Shown here: one piece after another, positions 24,428-33,348 of the stretch | Position numbering within the stretch: position 1 is the stretch's first letter | Layout: each line of letters opens with the position of its first letter | Source: a virus | Lineage: Duplodnaviria; Caudoviricetes | Length of the DNA: 64,000 nucleotides | Strand: one strand, 5' to 3' | Virus record (IMG/VR): IMGVR_UViG_2700988868_000001 | Location: 1-64,000 of that record | The notes under the pieces: model-generated | Told to the model about the DNA's origin: nothing | The model's input: the letters and a program-made list of their open reading frames with translations, nothing else | Database searches by the model: none | Program-made: the position numbers and the translations under genes

Positions 24428-26032
24428 ATGCAGCAGAAAATCGATCCGTTCCTGGTTGTCGCCTTCATCCTGACGACCACCGAACTGACCCTCTATTCGC
24501 CCACCGGCGAATCCCGTGTGATCAAGCAGGGCGATCCTCGTGTCGCCCGTCTGGTTCACGACCTCCAACCTGTGATGGCCGTCGGCGGCCAGCTGGAAGT
24601 GGAACTGGGCGAGAAGCCCGAAGCCCTCGTCACCGTCCAAGACGTGGCGGAGCAGAAGGACCACACCAACTACTACGGCCAAGCAGAAGCCCAATCGAAC
24701 GGCGTGGTCAAGTTCTTCCGTATCGCCCGTTCGGCTGTGCGCAAGTTCTTCGGCAAGCAGACCGAGCCGGTCGTTCCCGTGTCGGTGCCGGAAATCCTGG
24801 AACCCACCCAAGGTGGCGTCATCCCGGTTCCGGTCACGACCCAGGAAGAACAGCACAAGGAAGCCATTGCCGAAGTCATGGCCAACGCCATCCCGGCATC
24901 GTCGCCCAAGTTCTCGGTGCCGGAAGGTGCTGAAGCTGACGACGCCACGGGTGACACCCTGGTGGCCGTGGTCGGCGATACGCTGATCCCGAACGTGGAA
25001 GCCTTGGCTCCCCAGATCAAGCATGCCGTGAAGTCGAACTCGACCAAGGGCGTGCAGCGTCTGATGGAACGTGTGGCTACCGTCGCCAAGAAGCGTGGCC
25101 ACTCGGTCGAAGACCTGATGAAGTTCATGCAGATCGGCGACCTGCCGGTCAACGACAACGGCGACCTCGTGGTCTTCAAGGCGTTGAAGACCAAGAACTT
25201 CGGTGATCGCTTCGACCACCGCTTCAAGTGGGCCGACATCCACTCGGGCAACGTCCCCCAACGTCTGGGTAGCTACGTCTACATGGACGAATCGCTGGTT
25301 GACCCGGATCGTCGTCAGGACTGCTCGAATGGCCTGCACATCGCCAGCCGTTCGTACCTGTCCGGTTTCCGTGGCGACGTGTGCGTCATCGCACTGGTTC
25401 GCCCGGAAGACGTCATCGCTGTGCCGGAATACAACCACAACAAGATGCGGGTCTGCGGATATCACATCGTGGCTGAACTGACCAGCCAGCAGTACAACAA
25501 GCTACTGAACAACCAGACGTTCACCGACGACGAAGAAGGTCAACTGCTGCTGGGCCGGATCATGGAAGGGAAGCATATTCCCGTCACCAACAAGGTCCGC
25601 ATCACCGCCCAACGTGGCGGCGGCATCCAAATCGAAGAACTCGACAAGGATGAACAGCAGCCGACGACCCAGCCGGAAATGGCTCCGGTCCCGGAGAAGC
25701 CCACCAAGGCTCCGAAACGTAAGGCGGTGTCCCTGGATAACCCCCGGGTGCCGAAAGCCGCTCCTGCGGCCCGTAGCAAGCCCCAGAAGCCCACTGCGGC
25801 ACCTGTGGACGTCAAGGCTGTGGCCCAAAAGGCCAAATCCCTGAACCAAGGGAGCCAATCGGAACAAGCTGCTGCACTGTACTCGGCAGTGGTTGACGCC
25901 AAGACCAAGGGTGCCGAGAAGGAAGCCGCCCAAGCCCTGCTGGACTTCAAGAAGAAGGCCAAAAAGAGCTGGACGGTCCTGGGTCTGGCCTCCACCACGG
26001 GCGAAGATTTGGCTGAACTGCTGGCCAAATGA
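24428..26032 (+). CDS. rIIB: rIIB-like protein
   Basis: D.HSG...VDPDRRQDCSNGLH..., V.PEDVIAVP.Y...KMRVCGY. Confidence 0.9.
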   Translation: MQQKIDPFLVVAFILTTTELTLYSPTGESRVIKQGDPRVARLVHDLQPVMAVGGQLEVELGEKPEALVTVQDVAEQKDHTNYYGQAEAQSNGVVKFFRIARSAVRKFFGKQTEPVVPVSVPEILEPTQGGVIPVPVTTQEEQHKEAIAEVMANAIPASSPKFSVPEGAEADDATGDTLVAVVGDTLIPNVEALAPQIKHAVKSNSTKGVQRLMERVATVAKKRGHSVEDLMKFMQIGDLPVNDNGDLVVFKALKTKNFGDRFDHRFKWADIHSGNVPQRLGSYVYMDESLVDPDRRQDCSNGLHIASRSYLSGFRGDVCVIALVRPEDVIAVPEYNHNKMRVCGYHIVAELTSQQYNKLLNNQTFTDDEEGQLLLGRIMEGKHIPVTNKVRITAQRGGGIQIEELDKDEQQPTTQPEMAPVPEKPTKAPKRKAVSLDNPRVPKAAPAARSKPQKPTAAPVDVKAVAQKAKSLNQGSQSEQAAALYSAVVDAKTKGAEKEAAQALLDFKKKAKKSWTVLGLASTTGEDLAELLAK

Positions 26033-26067
26033 CGTTAATATAGAGGCATCTTTTAGGAGATGCCACT

Positions 26068-26595
26068 ATGGCCAACGTAAACCGACCGAACCGCAAGGCT
26101 TCGGATAGCGACATCCTCCGCATGAATTATGTGGGGATGTCCCTTGGCACCATTGCCAAGACTTTGGGGATTCACCCCACGACTGTCACTCTGCGACTCC
26201 AGAATCTGGGGGTGTACCCGGCTGATACCCGGCGCACCTTCATGGAGAACGTCCTCAAGCCCATGCCTGAAGACGTAGCAGAGTGGCTTGCCGATCAACT
26301 CGGCCCCACCTATCAAATCCGTGAGTTCGTTCGTGACCTGCTTCAAGCGGCATACGACAAGCGGTTTGACAACCAAAGGACCGCATATGAGCGACACCTT
26401 GCAAAATACGGCGGAGTGGTTCCGCCAAGCATCGCCCACACCTTCCGCCCAGAACCTGAGCACGCAGATGGGGGTGCACTTCGAGGAAGTCCGGGAAATG
26501 ATCCTGGAACTGACGCCCCGGACTCCGGAAGCGGATGTGATCCTCAAGGCGGCGAATGCAGCCCTGGAGAACCTGCAAGCCCTGCTGAAGCGTGA
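26068..26595 (+). CDS. HTH DNA-binding protein (N4 gp35-like)
   Basis: G.SL.TIAKTLGIHPTTVTLRL..LGV.PADTRR.FME; AGGAG RBS. Confidence 0.75.
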   Translation: MANVNRPNRKASDSDILRMNYVGMSLGTIAKTLGIHPTTVTLRLQNLGVYPADTRRTFMENVLKPMPEDVAEWLADQLGPTYQIREFVRDLLQAAYDKRFDNQRTAYERHLAKYGGVVPPSIAHTFRPEPEHADGGALRGSPGNDPGTDAPDSGSGCDPQGGECSPGEPASPAEA

Positions 26596-26845
26596 TGCAA
26601 CGGCCATCGGCGTGCATCCGGGTGATCACAAGCTGTTCCTGGACAGCCTCTGCGATCAGATCGTTACGGCGACTGGCGTCGGAACTTTCTTCGGGATGGA
26701 TGTCCCCGGAGCGATGGCCGAGGTCAACGCCTCGAACTGGTCCAAGTTCGTGGATGGCAAGCCCATCCGTGATCCGGACACGCAGAAGATTCTGAAGGGA
26801 CCGGACTACTTCAAGCCGGACCTGACCAAGTATCTGCCGCAGTAA
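26387..26845 (+). CDS. MazG-like NTP pyrophosphohydrolase (N4 gp36-like)
   Basis: Q.G.H.EEV.E, LDSLCDQIVT..G, EV..SNWSKF, KILKGPDY.KPDL; AAGGA RBS. Confidence 0.85.
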   Translation: MSDTLQNTAEWFRQASPTPSAQNLSTQMGVHFEEVREMILELTPRTPEADVILKAANAALENLQALLKRDATAIGVHPGDHKLFLDSLCDQIVTATGVGTFFGMDVPGAMAEVNASNWSKFVDGKPIRDPDTQKILKGPDYFKPDLTKYLPQ

Positions 26846-26852
26846 CAACACC

Positions 26853-26880
26853 ACAAGGCCACCCTTCGGGGTGGCTTTGT
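26853..26880 (+). terminator. Stable hairpin / terminator
   Basis: ACAAGGCCACCC-TTCG-GGGTGGCTTTGT. Confidence 0.7.
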
Positions 26881-26900
26881 CATTCCTGGAACCAAGAAAG

Positions 26901-28205
26901 ATGGATAAGTCCACAACTACCAAGCCGCTGAATGCAGACCAACAGGCGGCAGCGGAAGGGTTCTTCAAGACCCTTTTCGACCCGAACGTCAAAGAGATGA
27001 ACATCAGCGGCCCCGGTGGCGTGGGCAAGACCTATCTGATGGCCCACATCGTTGATGAAGTCATGCCTCAGTACCACGACGCATGCGGACTCATGGGCGT
27101 CAAGCCGGAGTTCGATGAAGTCGTGATGACGGCGACCACCAACAAGGCGGCGGAAATCCTGGCACAGTCCACGAGCCGTCCCACCTCCACGATCCAGTCC
27201 CACTTGGGGCTGACGATCAAGAACAACTTCCGTACCGGCGAATCCGACCTGATCAAGTCTCGTAACTGGTCCGTCAAGGAACGCCAGATCATCTTCGTCG
27301 ATGAAGCGTCGATGATCGACTCCAAGCTCCGCTCCTACATTCAGGAAGGGCAGAGCAAGTCCAAGATCGTGTACGTCGGCGACCACTGCCAGCTGCCTCC
27401 AATCAAGGAAGGCATCAGCCCGGTCTACAACAACAACCTGCCGATGTTCCAGCTGTTGATACCCATGCGTACCGACCGTCCGGAACTGCTGGCGTTGAAC
27501 CAACAGTACCGGGACATCGTGGAAGGCAAACGTGACTTCGGTGACATCAAGACGTGTCCCGGAGTTATCGACCATGTTGGTCCCGATGAGATGGAAGCTC
27601 TGCTGAAGACTCACTTCGATGGACCCAACAAGAACCGTGTGGTTGCCTACAGCAACAAGCAGGTTCTGCTGTACACGGACCACATCCGTGACCAGCAAGG
27701 ATTCCGTGGTGAGTTCGATGTGGGTGAAGAACTGGTGGTCAACCAGATGTACACCCGTGGCATGGATCGCATGTCCATCGAACAGGAAGTCTCCATCACC
27801 AAGCGTTCGTCCATCACTCGTCAAGTTCGTATCGACGCCGACGTGTACATGGAAGTCCGTTCGGTCGATCTGGACACGGGCTATGGTGGCACGCTGACCG
27901 ACGTGGAAATCCCCGTTGATCGTGAGTACCACGCTGCACTGGTCAAGTATTACGCCCGTGAGAAGAACTGGGAGCGTCACTTCTATCTGAAGGAATCGTT
28001 CCCCGATCTGCGAGCCAAGGATGCTTGCACGGTGCACAAGTCGCAAGGTTCTTCCTACGACACGGTGTTCATCGATCTGGGCGACCTGTCCACCTGCCAC
28101 AACCCCTCGGTCGCTGCTCGCCTGTTCTACGTGGCCTTCAGTCGTGCACGTCACCGTGTTGTGATGTACGGCGAACTGGCCGAGAAGTACGGGCGCATTG
28201 TTTAA
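26901..28205 (+). CDS. SF1 (Dda/RecD-like) DNA helicase
   Basis: GPGGVGKT, TNKAA, VDEASM, GD..QLPP, TVHKSQGS, YVAFSRAR. Confidence 0.93.
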   Translation: MDKSTTTKPLNADQQAAAEGFFKTLFDPNVKEMNISGPGGVGKTYLMAHIVDEVMPQYHDACGLMGVKPEFDEVVMTATTNKAAEILAQSTSRPTSTIQSHLGLTIKNNFRTGESDLIKSRNWSVKERQIIFVDEASMIDSKLRSYIQEGQSKSKIVYVGDHCQLPPIKEGISPVYNNNLPMFQLLIPMRTDRPELLALNQQYRDIVEGKRDFGDIKTCPGVIDHVGPDEMEALLKTHFDGPNKNRVVAYSNKQVLLYTDHIRDQQGFRGEFDVGEELVVNQMYTRGMDRMSIEQEVSITKRSSITRQVRIDADVYMEVRSVDLDTGYGGTLTDVEIPVDREYHAALVKYYAREKNWERHFYLKESFPDLRAKDACTVHKSQGSSYDTVFIDLGDLSTCHNPSVAARLFYVAFSRARHRVVMYGELAEKYGRIV

Positions 28206-28215
28206 AGGAGCCGAC

Positions 28216-28740
28216 ATGACGCAGTTGCAAGGAAGTATTCTCGACAACCTCACCAATGCAATGGGAATCATCAAGCTTCTCTTTGATGGTGAGATTCGTC
28301 GCTTGACCAAGATGCTTGACGAGATCGTGACCAGCAATGATCGCATCCGTCAATCGGCACCTTCAGCTGGCTTTCTGTTCAACGGGAAGTTCCACAAGCG
28401 TAGCAATGCCAGCCGTGCACCGCTCGCTGGTGAACGCCAAACGCTTGATGAGCAGTTGTGGGACCAGATGGCAGAGTACCTTCGTGACACTGCTGCCATC
28501 ATGATCGATATTCAGATGGTGAACCAAATGGCTCATCGTCTGGTCGGACCCTGCCAGACCATGCAAGACCTTCGTGATGCGCTGCCGGATTGTCTGGTAG
28601 CTCTGTCCGATGAAATCCAAGCACTGGAACGTACTCGTCCCGAGGCGTTCACCATTGCTGGAGATGAGCGAGGGATGCGGCAATTCCAGAAGATCAAACC
28701 TCTGATGGAAATGTATAGCGGAACTCGCTTGCTGTACTAG
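28216..28740 (+). CDS. N4 gp38-like protein
   Basis: AAGGAG RBS; QDLRDALPDCL motif; position between helicase and polymerase. Confidence 0.75.
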   Translation: MTQLQGSILDNLTNAMGIIKLLFDGEIRRLTKMLDEIVTSNDRIRQSAPSAGFLFNGKFHKRSNASRAPLAGERQTLDEQLWDQMAEYLRDTAAIMIDIQMVNQMAHRLVGPCQTMQDLRDALPDCLVALSDEIQALERTRPEAFTIAGDERGMRQFQKIKPLMEMYSGTRLLY

Positions 28741-28748
28741 GAGACGCC

Positions 28749-31409
28749 ATGCGTTACGTCACCTTCAACGAGAGCGGCAATTACCCGATTGCCATCTTGG
28801 TTCCCACGATCCAGAAGAATGAGATCGTGGATGCCTATGTCACTCCCTTTGGGATCGACAAGGAAGAAGTGATGGTCCTCGACCTTCATAATTCCCCAGG
28901 CAAGAAAGCGACTCCTGTGAAGGAGATCAAGCAGTACATCGAAGAAGTGCTCGCAGGAGTACTGATCGATGCTGGAACCAAGTACATCATCTGTGCTGAT
29001 CCTGGCTACTACAAGGTGCTGGCCAAAGCCGCAAAGGCAGAGGCCAACCTTGGGTACGTGACGGAGAGTGTCATTCCTGGAATGCACATCGTCTACGTTC
29101 CGAACTACCGGCAGATTTTTTATGATCCGCCGAAGGTTCGAGCCAAGATCAGCCAGGGCATGAGTGCCTTGGTTCATCACCGGGCTGGTGCATATCAGCC
29201 CCCTGGTTCCAACATCATCCACAGTGCGGAGTATCCGGAGACGGTGGACCAGATCAAGGCAGCACTTCAGATGCTGCTGCACAAGAACGTCCCCTTGACG
29301 ATAGACATTGAGGCGTTCGACCTGAAGCATCACAAGTCAGGTATCGGCACGATTGGCTTTGCATGGAACAAGCACGAAGGTGTCTCCTTCGCCGTGGACT
29401 ATGAACCAATCGAAGGGGCTACCGAAGCTCCATTTGGCCGACAGGTTCGCAATGAGCCTGTGCGCGCATTACTGAAGGATTTCTTCCGTCAGTACATGCA
29501 GTCAGCGATCTATCACAATGCAGCATTTGACATGTACATCCTGGTCTACCAGTTGTTCATGGCCGATCTCATTGACACGGAAGGCATGCTCGAAGGATTC
29601 GAGATCATGATGCGTAATTGGCATTGCACTAAGCTGATCACGTATCTCGCCACCAACTCTTGTGCGGGCAACAAGCTGGGCCTGAAGGACCAAGCACAGG
29701 AATTTGCGGGGAACTATGCGGAGTCGGAAATCCACGACATCACACGCATCCCGCTACCGAAGCTGTTGCAGTACAACCTTGTGGACTGTCTGTCCACTTG
29801 GCACGTCTACGATAAACACTTCGGAACCATGGTTGCCGATCAGCAGTTGGATATCTACGAGACGCTGTTCAAGACAGCATCGAAGGACATCATCCAGATG
29901 CAATTGACCGGCATGCCATTGCACATGCCCACCGTTCTTCAGGTGGAAGAAGCATTGCAGGCAATCTTCGATGACGCGGTAACGCGCATTGAGAACACCA
30001 AGTGTGTGCGGGAATATCAGTACACACTGAAAGAGCGGTACATCGAAAAGAAGCATGACGAGTGGAAGGTAAAGCGTATTACGCTTGCAGAAGTGCCGGA
30101 CAGCGTAAAGTTCAATCCACGTAGTCCGCTCCAGTTGCAGGGGCTGCTGTATGAGCAATTGGGTCTCCCAATCCTTGCCCTTACTGAAACGAAGCAACCA
30201 AGCTGCGATGGTGACACCATCGAGAAGCTGGTCCATCACACATCTGATCCAGACGTGAAAGACTTGTTATTGGCCTTGCAGGATTTCTCTGCGGTGGACA
30301 AGATACTCGGATCATTCATCCCTGCGTTCAAGGAAGCAGCTCAAGGTCCAGATGGGTGGTGGTATCTATTCGGAAACTTCGTGCTTGGTGGTACGGTGTC
30401 AGGTCGATTGAGTTCCAACAATCCGAACCTTCAGAACCTTCCGGCCAACGTCACGATGAAGATCAGTGAGTCTCTGTTGGAGGTGTTCCCCTTCCTGAAG
30501 CAATTCATGAAGAAGGGAAGTCTCTCGCTGGGCAAGCTGGTCAAGTTCTGCTTCCAGGCTCCACCTGGATGGATCTTTGCTGGGCTTGACTTCGCCTCCT
30601 TAGAGGATCGAATCTCCGCCCTGACGACTCGTGACCCGATGAAGCTGAAGGTATACACCGACGGCTATGATGGTCACTGTCTCCGTGCATACACTTACTT
30701 CGGTGAGTTGATGAACGGCATTGACCCTGACTCGGTGGCGAGCATCAATTCCATTGAGAACCTGTACAAAGACTTGCGTCAGGAGTCGAAAGCTCCGACG
30801 TTTGCTTTGACCTATCAGGGTACGTACATCACGCTGATGAAGAACTGTGGCTTCTCGGAAGATAAGGCAAAGCGAATCGAAGCTCGATACCACGAGATGT
30901 ATGTGGTCAGTACCGAATGGGTGCAGGCAAGACTGGATGAAGCGGCGAAAGTCGGCTACATCACCACAGCCTTTGGATTGCGAGTTCGCACTCCCCTGCT
31001 GTATCAGGTCATCCGTGGAACCAGCAAGACGCCGTATGAGGCCGAAGCAGAAGGACGCACCGCTGGCAATGCTCTAGGGCAGGGCTGGTGTCTCCTGAAT
31101 AGTCGTGCTTGGGTCGAGTTCATGGGCAAGGTACGTGCAAGCGATCAACGCTTGAACATCCGCCCGTGTGCACAGATTCACGATGCAGGCTATGCATTGA
31201 TCCGTGACGATATGGATACCGTCATGTACATGAACGAGCATCTCGTTCAGGCGGTGAACTGGAATGATCACCCTGACATTTACCATCCAGACGTTGGTTT
31301 GGGTGGAGACGTGTCCCTGTTCTACCCCACATGGGCAAGTGAGATCACACTGCCCAACGGCGCTACCGCCGAAGAAATCGCCAACACTATCAAAGAGGCA
31401 ATCGCATGA
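28749..31409 (+). CDS. DNA polymerase, family A (N4 gp39-like)
   Basis: Exonuclease DIE motif; T.SGRLSS.NPNLQN; DFASLE.R; RQ.SKA.TFA..Y.G; QIHDA. Confidence 0.95.
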   Translation: MRYVTFNESGNYPIAILVPTIQKNEIVDAYVTPFGIDKEEVMVLDLHNSPGKKATPVKEIKQYIEEVLAGVLIDAGTKYIICADPGYYKVLAKAAKAEANLGYVTESVIPGMHIVYVPNYRQIFYDPPKVRAKISQGMSALVHHRAGAYQPPGSNIIHSAEYPETVDQIKAALQMLLHKNVPLTIDIEAFDLKHHKSGIGTIGFAWNKHEGVSFAVDYEPIEGATEAPFGRQVRNEPVRALLKDFFRQYMQSAIYHNAAFDMYILVYQLFMADLIDTEGMLEGFEIMMRNWHCTKLITYLATNSCAGNKLGLKDQAQEFAGNYAESEIHDITRIPLPKLLQYNLVDCLSTWHVYDKHFGTMVADQQLDIYETLFKTASKDIIQMQLTGMPLHMPTVLQVEEALQAIFDDAVTRIENTKCVREYQYTLKERYIEKKHDEWKVKRITLAEVPDSVKFNPRSPLQLQGLLYEQLGLPILALTETKQPSCDGDTIEKLVHHTSDPDVKDLLLALQDFSAVDKILGSFIPAFKEAAQGPDGWWYLFGNFVLGGTVSGRLSSNNPNLQNLPANVTMKISESLLEVFPFLKQFMKKGSLSLGKLVKFCFQAPPGWIFAGLDFASLEDRISALTTRDPMKLKVYTDGYDGHCLRAYTYFGELMNGIDPDSVASINSIENLYKDLRQESKAPTFALTYQGTYITLMKNCGFSEDKAKRIEARYHEMYVVSTEWVQARLDEAAKVGYITTAFGLRVRTPLLYQVIRGTSKTPYEAEAEGRTAGNALGQGWCLLNSRAWVEFMGKVRASDQRLNIRPCAQIHDAGYALIRDDMDTVMYMNEHLVQAVNWNDHPDIYHPDVGLGGDVSLFYPTWASEITLPNGATAEEIANTIKEAIA

Positions 31410-31828
31410 CCAAGAAAACCGATACCAACGCCGCCAACACTCCGGTGAAGAAGCATCACTGGCTGTTCGCAGCTCAGGTGGTGTTCCACGTCGCCAAGGA
31501 AGGCCAACCGGCCACCGATGGCGGCGCTCTGCTGCTGAACGGTCTGGTGCTGACCGACGACAAGCAAATCGCCATGGCCGATCTGGCTCGTGCGCAGATG
31601 ACTGCCGTGTCGAACCTGAACGAACGCTTCAAGGGCCAGAACGTCGAAGTCATCGACTGCGTGTTCATGAGCTTCAGCCACCTGGGCTTCATGTCCCAGC
31701 CGGAATACGCCAAGACGCCGGAAGGCCAAGCCCTGATCAAGACCGAAGTGCCGGTCAATCCCGCCGAACGTCCCGAAGCCAAGCTGACGCTGGTGAAGAC
31801 GGAAGGCGATCCGGTCTCCGGGGACTGA
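31406..31828 (+). CDS. Hypothetical protein (N4-like)
   Basis: GAGG RBS, ATGA overlap. Confidence 0.75.
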   Translation: MTKKTDTNAANTPVKKHHWLFAAQVVFHVAKEGQPATDGGALLLNGLVLTDDKQIAMADLARAQMTAVSNLNERFKGQNVEVIDCVFMSFSHLGFMSQPEYAKTPEGQALIKTEVPVNPAERPEAKLTLVKTEGDPVSGD

Positions 31829-31830
31829 TC

Positions 31831-32307
31831 ATGGCTGCGGAGAACTCCGGTGGCCGGGTGAACTATTACCTGGTCGAAGTGAAGAACCCGCAGCGTGAAA
31901 ACCAGCAGCCGTACCAAGCCGAGTGTGAGGACATCATCCATGCACTCGGTATGACCTTCGATGAAGGCAACATCTTCAAGGAGGTCTGGCGTCAGGCTGC
32001 TGCACGCCAAGGCCGAGCCAAGGAAGGGAACACGGCATTGCGTGGTGCACAGAAGCTCGTGCACTATGCCAATCGCATCCTGCGTCATCTGACTACTTCG
32101 GCCGAATCCGGCGAGTACGAGTGGAAGCAATGGGGCGGCAAATTGGACTACCCATCTGAACTGAAACGTGAAGATGTGGTGGAGTACAAGACAGCTGGTG
32201 CCACCAAACCTTGCCCTGTGACTTATGTGGGTGACTTGCGTTGGAAATGGGATACCCTGCCGACGCACGCTCAGATCGTACAGTACCGCAAGGTGAAGCC
32301 CGTATGA
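31831..32307 (+). CDS. DUF3310-like protein
   Basis: GG...YY...ECEDII.ALGMTF.EGNIFK..WR. Confidence 0.7.
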   Translation: MAAENSGGRVNYYLVEVKNPQRENQQPYQAECEDIIHALGMTFDEGNIFKEVWRQAAARQGRAKEGNTALRGAQKLVHYANRILRHLTTSAESGEYEWKQWGGKLDYPSELKREDVVEYKTAGATKPCPVTYVGDLRWKWDTLPTHAQIVQYRKVKPV

Positions 32308-32312
32308 GTACC

Positions 32313-32338
32313 AACCCCCAGAAATCTTGGGGGTTTTT
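32313..32338 (+). terminator. Intrinsic terminator
   Basis: AACCCCCAGA-AA-TCTTGGGGGTTTTT. Confidence 0.7.
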
Positions 32339-32355
32339 CAACCCATGGAGGAACC

Positions 32356-33348
32356 ATGAGAATTACCAACACCGCAGGGGTATCGCTACCCGTTGCGATC
32401 TGGCTGGTTCACGATGAGTACGACTATGTGAAGGAGGACAACTACATCAGTGCCACGGCATTGATGAAGCCCATCCGTCAGATCGTCCTCGCATCGAAGG
32501 TTGACCCCGAAACCCAATCCATCGACGTGATGGACATGCTGAAGACGTCCTTGGGTCATGCAATCCATGACTCCATCGAACGTGCCTGGACTCGTGGTGC
32601 TGAAAAGGCACTGCGTCTGCTGGGCTATCCTCAGAAGGTCCGTGATGCCATCCGCATCAACCCATCTGAAGCTGTCCTGAAAGACAACCCTGACTGTATC
32701 CCGATCTACTTGGAGCAACGTGCTATCAAGGAAATCGAAGTCAGTGGCCAGACCTATCGTGTCGGTGGCAAGTTCGATATCGTGACGGAAGGTCTGTTGC
32801 AGGACTACAAGTCCACTTCGGCGTTTGTTTGGGTGAAGGGTTCCCGTGATGAGGAACACATGCAGCAGGGCAGCATCTATCGCTGGCTGCATCCCGACAA
32901 GATCACGTCGGACTTCATCCGGATCAACTACATCTTCACCGACTGGAAACGTGGTGACGCCAAGCGTGACCCCAATTATCCGCAGCATCCGATCATGCAC
33001 AAGGACATCCCCCTGATGTCTCCTGAAGCGACGGAGAAGTGGATTCGTGGGCGTATCGCAGAAATCATCAAGTACCAGGATGCACCCGAGAACCAAGTAC
33101 CGGAATGCACCGACGAGGAATTGTGGCGCTCCGATCCCGTGTATAAATACTTCTCCGATCCGGCGAAGGCACAGATACCGGGAGCCAGATCGACCAAGAA
33201 CTTCGATGAACTGCACGAAGCCCGTGCACACCTCTCTGCCAAGGGAGGTGTTGGTGTCATCGTCCCCGTAGAGAGCGCACCCAAGCGTTGCGACTACTGC
33301 GGGGTCTATGACGTTTGCAAACAAAAAGACAGGTACTTTCCGACATGA
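32356..33348 (+). CDS. PD-(D/E)XK nuclease (N4 gp42-like)
   Basis: G.AIH, GKFD......DYKSTS, Q..IY, C-terminal CDYC....VC. Confidence 0.85.
   Translation: MRITNTAGVSLPVAIWLVHDEYDYVKEDNYISATALMKPIRQIVLASKVDPETQSIDVMDMLKTSLGHAIHDSIERAWTRGAEKALRLLGYPQKVRDAIRINPSEAVLKDNPDCIPIYLEQRAIKEIEVSGQTYRVGGKFDIVTEGLLQDYKSTSAFVWVKGSRDEEHMQQGSIYRWLHPDKITSDFIRINYIFTDWKRGDAKRDPNYPQHPIMHKDIPLMSPEATEKWIRGRIAEIIKYQDAPENQVPECTDEELWRSDPVYKYFSDPAKAQIPGARSTKNFDELHEARAHLSAKGGVGVIVPVESAPKRCDYCGVYDVCKQKDRYFPT

Noticed and set aside
32356-33348. Cas4-like nuclease as part of a CRISPR system
   Set aside because: Core N4-like replication-module gene; no repeat-spacer array seen
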